64,000 bases of DNA from Auanema rhodensis. Its lineage: Eukaryota; Animalia; Nematoda. Location: assembly GCA_964057225.1 (NCBI GenBank), contig OZ059899.1:5828001-5892000 (forward strand), given 5' to 3'. The notes beneath the pieces are model-generated. The model made no database searches, had not been told where the DNA came from, and saw only the letters and a program-made list of their open reading frames with translations. Positions 1 through 11,659 of this stretch are shown here, piece by piece (the first letter of the stretch is position 1; every line of letters begins with the position of its first letter). Position numbers and translations under genes: made by a program.

Positions 1-2103
1 CATACGAAGCTCGTTAGTGGAAAAAAAGTTTCTCGAACTTCAAGTTGTAAGTTTCCAAACTAAATTTTTTAGTATGTATATCAATGTATTCTGAATGTTT
101 GATTTTTTGTTTATTCCCACACTTCTCTTTTCAAATCTATTTTTTTATTTGGATAATCTCTTAAAATCTAGTTAGATGAGTAGGATTATTAGTTGGCCAA
201 ATAAAAACAGTTCTAATTTTTCTTTGCACTTAAAATCTCACTTTCAGAATTACTTCCGAACTACAAGCAATCACGTTTCCGTTGATATTTATCTAGGTGA
301 TGGTGATCGTCATGTTGTTAAATGTAACATAGATTCTCCAACAAATGTTATTTTGAGGGTAAATTAATTAAATGATCATAGTTAGTAAGTACTGTTTCTT
401 TAGCAATTAGCTGAACAGTTGGGCATTCGAGATGCTGATGTTTTTCTCTGGAATTTCGGGCTTTTCATGGCTCGACCAAGAGATAATGACAGCATTGATT
501 TCAATGTTCTTTGTATGCAATATTTTTTCATTTTTCATTTTATAATATCTTATTAAGGTGTTCGATTTATGAGAAATTTTGAATCTCCTTATATTAGTTT
601 GCAAACAGCAAACATGAAATCTGCTGGTCAGGGTGTTTTTCATAAACTGGTGTTGAGAAAGCTTATCTGGGATCCAAGAATTGAAGAGGCTCTTTTTGAA
701 GACAATATACTTACAATGCTGTTATATAAGCAGGTATATCGCATTAAAAAATCTTATATTCATAATGAAAATTAGGCAAAGAATGATTTTTTAACTGGAA
801 ACTTTGAAGCCATTCGAACTGATGTTGTTGATCGATTACGTAATTATGAAAAAAATGAGAATCATGTTCAGGTTCATCAAAATCAAACAGTTTAGATATA
901 TGCTTTGTTTTTTTAGTTTTTGAGGCTTTGTCACTTACAACCTACTTATTCTTATGAAATACTTGCCGAATGTTTATCAGACTGTCCACAACCGAATACT
1001 CGTTGTTCACTTAAAATTGGTCGAAGACAACTAGTGTTAGGTTATGGAGATAGAGTACGTGTTTTTCCTTTTTTATATTTTTTTTGTAAAATAGAAACAT
1101 CTTTTATCTTTTCTTTCTTGCAAACGTTTTCAAAAATTTATTACATATCTTTGGTTGTAACAGATTGTAAGGTCATGCTTATTTTCTTTTATAGGAAGAA
1201 ACTATATTTCGTGCTACACGTATTCGAGTATGGAGAATAAGCCCACCTACCCAAGAGGATGGACTCATGGTTTGTTTTTTCTTTTTTTTCTTTTTAAATT
1301 ATAGAATGTTCAGATTTTTCAATTCGAATATTTAATGGCTAGGGATGATTTTGAGTGGATTACTATATATACTGATCAAGCTATTATTCTTAGTCTTTTA
1401 CTTCAATGTGTTGGCACAGAGATATTACAAGAACATCGTAGTATGTCGGTAAGAAAGTATTTATTGTAATGTAACTGACTTAATTTTTGTTTTTAGATTG
1501 AACAACAACTAATGTGTAATGGAGGTGGTTCTGGAATGTCTGTATTCTTAGAACCACCGAAAGCTCCACTGACTCTAAAGCCAACTCTTACTGTTCCTGA
1601 TGAAACACCTTCCATAACAGGCACTTATATTCTTTAAATATATACATTTAAATTAATATTCTAGATGGAAATGATGTATGTGCCATACCCTCTACCGATA
1701 ATCGTAAATCTTCTACACATTCTGTACATAGTTTAAGGGTTTGTTATTTAATTTCGTTCAATTTAATGTTATATCACTATTTAAACAATTTACTAGGGAT
1801 GTTTTTCCCAAGTTTTGTTTGGAAAGTTTTTTATTATTTTACTATAGATAAATTTATTTTTTCTGAAAATAATCAAGCATTTTCAGACTGCTAAATCTGC
1901 TATCACATCTATTGAAGAAACAACCTCTTTGGATAGAGGAGATCCACTAGGAGTTGCAAACTTATATGATACTAATAACGACATGTTTACAACAATATCG
2001 GTAAGTAATACATTGGTTAATTTTGTGTTATTGAATTCTATTTTAGGATGCTTTACCGCTACATAATGCTGCGTTTGCTAACATAACCGATGATGACTTG
2101 TAA
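1..2103 (+). CDS. snx-17: Sorting nexin 17 (end of PX domain, FERM-like domain, C-terminal tail); 5' end lies outside the window
   Basis: Manual splicing gives a continuous frame including [41 protein letters not shown] and [30 protein letters not shown], ending [13 protein letters not shown] (TAA 2101-2103). This matches the SNX17 FERM-like domain and its NFAFEGIGDEDL-type C-terminus. Confidence 0.9.
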
Positions 2104-2546
2104 GGAGTATCAGTCTAAACCTAACTTAAATCATATTATCTCAATTGAACTGATAATACTTCTAGTCATCAGTGATTTAAAAATCATAATAATATTGAAG
2201 GGTGCTTGTTTACTTTGTTCTATTACTTCAAAAATTTTCTAAAATGTTTTACTAGAGTTGTATATATTCATAGATTTATTATAAATTTATTTTATTTTAA
2301 AAATCTTATTAAATATTGAGAAAATTGAGAAAGAAGTGAATGAATGTCTCGATTACAACAAGCAATTTTATAAACATTATGTACATTGTTTTATATATAT
2401 ATTTAGTAAAAAAAATGACTTGTTTTGTTAATTATGCAATGTTGTGTAAAGCATGTGGCAAGGCAACAAGTCATTTTCAAGTATAGATGGAAAGGTTGTG
2501 AAAAAAATAGTTTGTTTTTACGGAAGGATTATTGTGAACTCAATGC

Positions 2547-3381
2547 TCATTGTTTAGCTTCTCTCTTAAGTGTATTAGCTTCATGGTATACAACATTTCG
2601 AGGATTTCGAGCGTTCTTCATATCTCTCATGTAGATGAAATATTGGTATACAACGAATAAGAACCATATAGCTAAAGATAGCATGACTAATCCTGATACA
2701 ATGAAGAATGATGAAGTAAGAGTTTGAGCTGAAAGTTTAATAGTTTAATAAAACATTTAGAAGAAATTATACTTACAAGAATGATGGCTCAAACTATCAT
2801 CAACATCTTCGACGATAGTTCCGTTCACTGGATGAAGTATAGTGCCATTGATGGGACCTGATTCTGGATCAATTAATGACCAAATACCACAAATAACAAT
2901 TGCAACAGCAAGTACCATATACAAAGCCTAAACACCAAAAATAAAGGTTTTCAAATATATCAATTGATATACCATAAGAGCTAAGAATGGAATTAAAAGT
3001 TTCTCATTTTCTTTCTTTCTGGCTAAGAAGATTAAGCATACAGCTGCAATTGTCGCAGTAAACACTAAAGCTGATATAATGGTAGAAGTCCAACTCTGTG
3101 ATCTGAATAATATGATTTAATAAAATTAATATAATAAATAAATACTAACGATAGATCTATTAGAGTGACGATAAACAGGATAATAGCAGCAGCAGCACAG
3201 AATGCAGCTATGTATGTTGTTCCCTTCTAAATATAGAATATAAAAATTGAAAAAGAAGAAACTACATTAAATTAAATAAAGAGATATAAGATACCTTAAC
3301 GTGACTAACTCCACATAAACATTTATATTTTGGATCTGTATGACGGAAAGGTTCTCTATCAAAAGTTGAAGCAATATCCAT
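2547..3381 (-). CDS. Four-transmembrane nematode membrane protein (LAPTM-like / DUF7027-like), 5 exons
   Basis: ATG 3381 lies 3 nt after a TTTCAG acceptor. The N-terminus MDIASTFDREPFRHTDPKYKCLCGVSHVK is followed by four hydrophobic segments and ends YHEANTLKREAKQ* (2547-2549). All GT-AG introns splice in frame. Confidence 0.8.
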
Positions 3382-5331
3382 GATCTGAAACAAGAAAAAA
3401 ATGTATTCAAAGACCTAAACGATAATTGAAAATAGCTGTTATTTTCAAAGAAAAGTAGAAAAAATCGAGAAAAAAACTCAAATCGGCAATGATGACAACA
3501 TAATCTGTGAAGGTAAATAACTTCGAAATGTTCATTTTGAGAAAAAAAAACTGGTTGCTTATTTTGAATTTTAAAAAAAGAAAACACAATGAGAAGAGCT
3601 TGATCCTCACCTTAGATGAAAAAAATAACTTCATATACATGTGTTATGTGATAGTTAGATATATAAATAGATAAGTAATATAGATTGGTTAAGTTAAGTG
3701 ATAAAATTGTCATAAGATCTTGCAAAAATTAATATATTTTTTAAAATCTTAAAAATTTGAAGTGAATTATGTTTATGGAATGTGAATAGTTAGTAGCCTA
3801 ATTGTTAGTTTTAAAGAAACAGGAACTTTATGCTTCTTAATGTACTTTGTTTTACGAGAAACATGTGATTTGAAGAAGTAAGAATTAGGAAAAATGATTA
3901 TATGAACGACTAGGAATTGTAATGAAAGACATTTGAAAGTTACTAACAATGACATGTTCCATCATAATGATGTTATATTATGAACAAATTGACCGCATAA
4001 TCTTACCAAAAAGGTGAGAGAATAAGAAAGGAGAAAACGAAAAGAGAGAGTTATAGACAGAAAAGGAAAGGAAAACGAGAACATGTATTGATATTGGCAT
4101 TTTTGATTGTAAGACCTTGTGCCAACTTGTTTTGTCACAGCATCAGACACGAGCGACCAGCGTTGTTTTATGCCGATGTTCGTGGCCGGTGCCACAGTCG
4201 TTGCCGGCATCAGCATGATATCGTCGGTAGTTCCTACTGTCATCACCTTCCATTTGCACCTCCTCCTCTTCCTACTCCTCCTTGTTTCCTTTTTACTCTT
4301 TTGCTATGTCGTGGTTGTCGCCTCTCCCTCCTAACCACTGTCCAAATAGGAAATCAATTGAATCAGACGAAAAAGAAGAATGTATTTTAGAAGAAAAAGA
4401 AGAAGTAAAGGCTAAAAAGACATTTTATTTGTCTTTTTGTTTTTTTTATTTCTGATCTAAAACATGGCAAGATCCTGTTTCAAAAGGGTTAAAAATGCAA
4501 ATGAACACAAGATGTGCCAGACCGGTAATGGGCTTGACTGATAGCTTGTTACAGTTCGAAATCAAGAAACTCATAACGTTTTTGATAGGTATTTTTCTCA
4601 TGAGAATATAGATTCATATATGAATTCAATAAGTAAATGTTTTCTTATGTTATTACATTATATTAAATTTTTTAAAAGTTTCTTTGCAAACAAAAAATAA
4701 TAAAAAAAATCGAGGCACACAAATCTGAAAACAGTGAATCGGGTGGGCATGTACTGGATAGACGAGGTAAGGTTAGACAACAATAAAAGTACGGCGATCA
4801 TAATTGACATAGAATGAGTGTTTGGGAAAAAGAGCAAAGAAAATTATTATTTTTTCTTGTTGAAATCCTTTATTATTAATTTAAAAATATTCTTAATATG
4901 AATAGAATTCATAAATGAAAATATGAAACAAACCAGAAAACATGAGTAGTTAGTAGTTTTCGATGAAATAGAAGGTGAAAGGATGCTGATGGTATAGTAG
5001 TATAATCATAGAAATATTACATACATCTATGGATACAAAAACTAACCAGTCATCAAATGTGATGTTCATCACACAACAATTAATTGATTCAATTTACTAA
5101 AAAAAATTATAAAAACGGAGAGAATTTATATTATTTATTTGGCTTAGTCTGAAATACATATAAAGATATATACTATATGTGTATAACATGTACATGCATG
5201 AATGTGAGGACGGGTCTGGTAATTTGGCAATGTAAGAGATGATTCGTATATTTGTGGCTTCAGATTCAATTTTCTTTTTTTTCTCCTCCCATTGAAAATG
5301 TGTTATTTGTTTTAAATTAATTTTAAAAAAA

Positions 5332-5333
<2 letters not shown>

Positions 5334-5367
<34 letters not shown>
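5334..5367. repeat. (TA)n microsatellite
   Basis: Direct reading of ~17 TA units. Confidence 0.95.
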
Positions 5368-5370
<3 letters not shown>

Positions 5371-7235
5371 ATTAAAATTGTCCATTTTAAGATTAAAATC
5401 ATTATAAGTTTTAAAAGTTGAAAATGATAAAGAGAGTAAGAAAGATTTTGAAAAGGTAAAAGTTGAATGTCAAGTGTCGTTCAACCTTCTTGAAGAACTA
5501 GGAACTGTAAATTGAACAAAGAAACAATTGATAGAAAAATTAAGAGAAACATCAATGAAAATAAAAGACTAATAAACAAAAAAGTTAAAGAAATAAGAAG
5601 TGTGAGAAGTTAAATTAGCAATGAAAATGAAATTAAAAAAAAAAAGATGAAGGTGACTGTATCAATATAATATTTGTTAACTAAAATAAGGTAAAAGTCA
5701 ACCTTTTTTTTGTAATTTCGCTTAATTTAATTCATTAACATGATGTATCTATGCTTTGAATAATGTAACCTGTTCTTCTAAAGTTGAGCATAAACATGTT
5801 TCTTATGTTACATCATGAATATTATATTGATGAAATGCTAAGATGGACAAATGTTATGAACCGTTCAACTTCTCATAAAGCTTATCATATTAGAAAATCA
5901 TGTATGTCCTTTGAATAAATGAAATTAAAGAAAAAGGAGATAATTTTTGGACTGTAGAACGAAAATACGAGGTAAAATGAAAGAGAAATCAGATGATTTC
6001 AAGGCCAGTTTAAATATATCGCTTGGCTAGGCAGAATAAGGACGATAGCGAAGCAGATACATGGTTAGCGGAGGGAGATAATGAACAAGGTCAGAAGGGA
6101 AAAATGAGTTTGAAACAGAGAATGAAATTGGTTCAAAGGGTAATATTGGATAAGCAAGGACGGTAACGAAGACACAAAAATTAGAGATATGGCTACATGT
6201 CACATGGACATTAGAAGGTCGTTTTCACTCCTTTCTCTCTCCCTCTCTCGCTTTATGTCTTTCTCTCTCTTCTTTCTTTTGAATTGAAGTCGTTGTTATT
6301 GAGAGAAAGTCAGATGGCACACGTGGGGGTATTTGACTCACCACCTTTCATCTTCTTGAAAACAAAATATTTGTGAAAGAACTGCGATTGGATTTTGACA
6401 AATTGGTTATACTATTCTAGTACATCATACATCATATAGTTAGTTATAGATGAATGATACACTCATATATTTTTAAAAGATATGCAAAAGAAGTCAGCAG
6501 GATTATATATGACGCCATTGGATGGAAAACAGATTTGATAATTGCATTATGAGAGTAGAGAAGAAGAAGAAGAAGTCGATGATGATGATGAGAAAGAGAA
6601 TAAAATACGTAAATACATATGTATTTATGTCTAAATAACGATGATGTTAATATACTATGTCTAAAAATAGTATAATATAATATAATATATATACTATATA
6701 CATAGTAGGTTTGAACTTTTTCTAAAACGAAAAATATAACGATAAGTGAAAGGAAATCATATCATTTCTCTTTATATTCTATTTGAATATCATCAGAAAG
6801 AGAGACAATGAAGCTTGATGAGGATGAAGGTGTGAAGATGTGATTAAATAGAAGATGAAGGCTAAGCCGTATGAATGCAACCGCTCATCGGGTGGGATAG
6901 TTTCGAAATAAAATGTTGATATTCACGTGCCCATCTGGCATTTTTAACAAATTTGTGTTAGCCAATCATAGGAGAAAACAAACTTGAAAATGCCAAGAAA
7001 TACAATTAGATAAGTTTTAAGATGATTCATAGCCAAAAGTTAAATTATTCCAAATATTTGCACGAAATTATCTGACATTTACCTGTTTATCTTAAATTGC
7101 ACATGACAGTTTTAGAATTTGAAGAATGTCTCAAGAACGTTTTTTTTTGAAAAAATAAAAGAAGTTTTTACTCTAAAATGAGAAATAGTAGAGAAAAAAA
7201 AATTAAAGAAATAAGAAAACTATCAGGTTAGGTTC

Positions 7236-7370
7236 AGTAGTATATAAAGTGTTGGCGCTTGCGCACCTTTTTGCCCTAATGCGATTTTCTGCATTTTTCA
7301 GCTATTTTCATGTTTTCGAAAAGTAAAAATATGTCTTAGCTAACGGAAAGCTCGTCATTTTTGAAAATCT
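7236..7370 (+). mobile_element. Diverged Maverick/Polinton-type terminal repeat (orphan left end)
   Basis: Begins AGTAGTATATAAAGTGTTGGCGC and aligns without gaps over ~80 nt to the TIR at 8610-8689 (about two-thirds identical by hand count; shared TTTTGCCCxAATG, TTTTCTxCAxTTTT, ATTTTCAxG). A further shared GTCATTTTTGAAAA block occurs near 7354 and 8739. Confidence 0.65.
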
Positions 7371-7487
7371 TTAATTTGGACTCTTTTAACAGGTTGGGAG
7401 AACTAGACAAAAATCTGCGTCAGAGTATTTCCCAGAATTCAGCATTTTTTGTTAATTCAATCTTTTAAATATTTTTGAGCTTATTAA

Positions 7488-7718
7488 ATGAATATCCTTA
7501 GTCTCCGGAAAGACCTACCAAGTCTAACAAATCTTGACCTCCAAGAGCTCGTGAAGGAGTTAAAAATAAAATATTTCGGTGGTGTTTTCATTCTAGATAC
7601 TTTCTCAGATAAGATAGATGCTTTTGGTCTTAATATTATTGTTGATGTTGATGTTGATGCATATGATGATTATAACAAAGCAGTTATTTTCCGCTCAAGA
7701 GATTTTTTCCGTTCTTGA
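7488..7718 (+). pseudogene. Truncated adenain-like cysteine protease of Maverick/Polinton type
   Basis: Intronless ORF containing LTNLDLQELVKELKIKYFGGVFxxD...IIVDVD, resembling the N-terminus of Polinton proteases (LTNxDLxxxxKxLKIxxFxGVFxxD...IxNLD...GTHW). The catalytic GTHW motif is absent. It lies ~250 bp inside an AGTAGT terminus. Confidence 0.5.
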
Positions 7719-8612
7719 AACAGTTAAAGTGTTGAATCATGCTTGTTAAAGACTTGTTTCCTGAAAAGTGTTCTCTTTTCAAAACCATAAAAGAACTGGT
7801 ATTAGATTTTTAAACTTTTTTTTTGATAAGAATCAAAAGGAAAATTCTAATTTCTTTTCATCCAATAAATGGTAATAAAGGTTATAATACATATATCTCT
7901 GTTGTTTTTTATTTTTAAATGTTTATTGTCATATATTATTTTTGAAAATAAAAAAAAATATATAATAGAGATGAATTATATTTATTGATTGTCAATTCGT
8001 TGATGTAATTCTGGTTAGAATCGGTTGAAATTGAAAAAGAATTAAGTGTTAAAACTATCTCCTAGTAACCATTAACTAATATTTGGCTTTGAATTACACT
8101 ATATCATATAGATTTATATAAAAATAATATTAATTAAATATATATGTAGATTGTCACATGGTTTTATATGATAAGACATTAAAAAAGGTGAAATTGTTTC
8201 CGAAAAATGTTGATCTGATGGGATTAACTTGAACTAGCAGCCAGCAGTGTATCGTTTCAGTGAAAGAAAGTTTCTTAATTATATTCAGAATCCTGTTTTA
8301 AGCATTAATGCTTGATGAATAGAGGATCGGTTTCATGTTTATGTTTAGACTTCTTTAATCAAATTCTTTTTCATGTTTTTGGTTCACTTTCACTTAAACC
8401 GAAACAACTTATTTCATCATTAAATTGAAATAGATAAATGAAGTTTTTATTTATCATTGAAATCTTAATATTTTTATTAAAACAAATTGAAATCTCATAA
8501 ATATATATTAAGATTGGAATGTAAGAGGGTAAACTGAAATGATGAAAAGAAGACCCAAGTTGTCATGAATGACGTTTATGATGAACAGTAGAAACAACAA
8601 CTATTGGTTGTT

Positions 8613-9107
8613 AGTAAGTAAAAGGTTGACGCGAGATGGTCATTTTGCCCAAATGACGTTTTCTACACTTTTTGACCATTTTCAGGCTTTATTTTTCCAA
8701 AAATTGTGTTTATATTCAACAAAATCATGTCATTTTTTGAAAAAAGTCATTTACCAATTTCACAATTTTTGATCATTTCAAACATTTTTCAGGTGATAAA
8801 TGAAATTTCATATATCCAAAGAATCTGCATCGCAAGCTCCTTCAGGAGTGCCTGATAACAGACATGAAAGAAACACGTAAACCATACAATAAGCCCCCAA
8901 TACAAATAATTTATAAAGAGCAAAGTAATATATTTAAACGAAAACGGAGTACTCAGACTTAAAACGGAAGAGATACCTGGAGATACCTTTTTAACCGTAA
9001 CATTTTGTTCTGTCCCGACGATAGCCTAAGCCTGAACATGGTCAAAAAGTGTAGAAAACGTCATTTGGGCAAAATGACCGTCCAAAGTCAACCTTTTACA
9101 TACTACT
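8613..9107. mobile_element. Miniature non-autonomous TIR element, probably Maverick/Polinton-derived (495 bp)
   Basis: Inverted repeats at 8613-8689 and 9028-9107 share the core GGTCATTTTGCCCAAATGACGTTTTCTACACTTTTTGACCAT exactly. The right end reads ACTACT (AGTAGT on -) and the left end starts AGT. A direct repeat GTTGTT at 8607-8612 and 9108-9113 is a 6-bp TSD. Confidence 0.85.
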
Positions 9108-9982
9108 GTTGTTTCATTTCAAAAGATCCCTTTATTTGAAAAAATATAAAGTGATTCTAATTTAGTTGAAAAAAAAAACTTTTTTTAAACTTTTTTATTA
9201 TAAAAACTTTATGAATTGGATTAATTATATGAAGAAGCTTCGAAAGCTTCTCAAAGAAAATTTACATGATTGTCATGGCAGTCCCTTTTCACACTTATTT
9301 GACCAAACCTTTGAATGAAATAATAAAAAAAAGGAAATTAAATCATATCAACGAATTTTCAATCCTATTACTTTAAAAAGAAATAAAAATAGTTGAAATA
9401 TCATATAAGTAATTGATGTTTTGATATATGATATAAACAGAAAAATTAATATATTTCAAGACTTGTATCATATAAAAACAATATGAAATGAAGATTTCTT
9501 CTAATAAATATATTTTTATATTTCTTTTTTCTATTATAATTCTGATATACTATATGTAAATGTGCATATATTATATAAATTTTATACTATATGATAGTTA
9601 ATATCAAAATAAATTGTTTAAAGTTGATATACAATATAATTTATTTTTTACTTCTTTTTCTAACTTATAATTTTAATAATTTATATTATAATATATATTA
9701 TATATAATATATTGTAATTTTAGTTTTTTTTTGGATCAAATTTTGAATTTTTCTATTAATTAGATACGTTTTTGATTCGTATAACGATAATAGCATTTCA
9801 AACAACTACAATTAGGTTAGCATGTTACAAACGTTACCATAGTAATGATATCGAGGGAGGAAAATTTTAAAATGCTCCGCCTATTAAATCATATTCACCT
9901 ATTGAAATAAGTTATTGGAAGGTGAATAACCTTCTTATAATATTCAATAACAGTACTAATATCCATATATTATTGAAAATAT

Positions 9983-11659
9983 ATGAAAATGATTAAAGAA
10001 AGTTTAGTCATTACTTATTTATTAATAACTAATTATCATCATGTTACATCTCAACTTTTCACTTCTGTTGCTCAATGTATTAATGGAAATATGACTGATC
10101 CATTCTGTACTGTAAGCTTCAAATCTTTTTTTTTTTCATTTTTTATTAAATATATATCTTAGACTTGCTTACAACTTGGTCAAGAGTTAAGAATCAATTC
10201 TATTTATTGGAATAAAACATGTCACTTGGCTTTTGATGTTCAAGATAAGAATTCACCAGAAGTAAGTTATAAGCTTAATTTTTTTTTACTACGTATGATA
10301 GAAAAATATTAATTTGTATTTCATCCGATTTAATTCAGATTGTGGCTCCACGTTGTGAAGAAATGTGGACAAAAAAGTCGTATCCAGGTTAGCCTTTCCG
10401 ATTTCCATGTGAATATATTACTTTCTGTTCATTTTTTTTGTGTTAAATATGAGAATTCAATATATGTATATACATATAATAAGTATAACTCCTACACATA
10501 ATATATAAATATATATATAGTTATACATAGATATACATAAGTTTTATCAGATTTTTTTAGCCTATTGCCAATTACCAGTAATTATTGCTCAACTCAGTGA
10601 AACAATTGATGCTTATTACAACTATGGATTAATGACTGTAAGTTATAAATAATCAAAGAATATAATAATTATTATAAAATAGAATTAAAAATTTTCAAAA
10701 TCATTGTTATCATGTTTTCAAATTAATTTTATATTAACATCTATTATAATAAAATATTTCATATTAAGAATATTTAAATATCATTTAAAATTAATAAAAA
10801 TATAAACAATATTTCCAAAATTTTAATTTTTAATATCAAAATATATTAATGTTTAGAATTTTGCTGTCATGGTAACCTCATAAGCTTAAACTTAATGCTT
10901 ATTAAGGTTTATCTCTCTTTCTCTCATTAACATATGTGATAATTTGTTAAATATTTTACAAAAAAAATTCAAATTCAAGCATAGGTTAAGAAAAACAAAA
11001 TTTCCAGGCAACAAGAAATATGCTTATTGGTCTATATCGTGAAAAGTGTACAACAACTTGGAATTGGATCGCTAGGGATGGTACATCTACATTTGGTGCT
11101 ACAAGACCTGAATTAGATTGTAATATAACAATAACGGCATTCGGGGTATATTTTATAGAAATATCATATAATTATCTTAATTATATACATATTTTTAATC
11201 TTGATCATTTAAGGGAAGATCAATTATTGAAGTAGATCCCAATACATATCAAACAAATGCCATGATATGCCAATGTGTTCCCAGAAATGGAACAGTCATA
11301 CTTCCAGGAGCCAAAGATAACGGTAGCTTTAGCCATTTTAAATATATTTTTGTTTGTAAATACAAATTCAAAATAATCGTTCAAATTATTTACAATTTAA
11401 TATTTTTTTGTTTAAATTACTCATTGATACTAAAAAATATTTAATTAAATTGCTGACATCAAGATACATTTACGTCATTTAATTTTAATTTTATGGCGTA
11501 TCACAGTTAGTTGGAATTACATTTGATTAATTAATATTATATATCAAATATTAAATATTATATATTATATATATTTATTTATTTTTTATAGGATCTACAC
11601 AATGTTTTAATATAACTGGATTTCTTGCAATACTCTTCATAATATATTCATATTATTAA
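9983..11659 (+). CDS. Secreted or GPI-anchored Cys-rich protein with a divergent C-type-lectin-like domain
   Basis: Spliced exons: MKMIKESLVITYLLITNYHHVTSQ...CINGNMTDPFCT / TCLQLG...NKTCHLAF / APRCEEMW / YCQLPVII... / MLIGLYREKCTTTWNWIARDG / ...MICQCVP... / hydrophobic end CFNITGFLAILFIIYSYY* (11657-11659). IGLxR...WxWxxxDG resembles the CTLD WIGL region. The family call is less certain than the gene. Confidence 0.7.

Noticed and set aside
9023-9033. Telomere-like GCCTAAGCCT (also TTAGGC matches in exons)
   Set aside because: Fewer than two full units; no telomere array or evidence of a DNA-elimination breakpoint.
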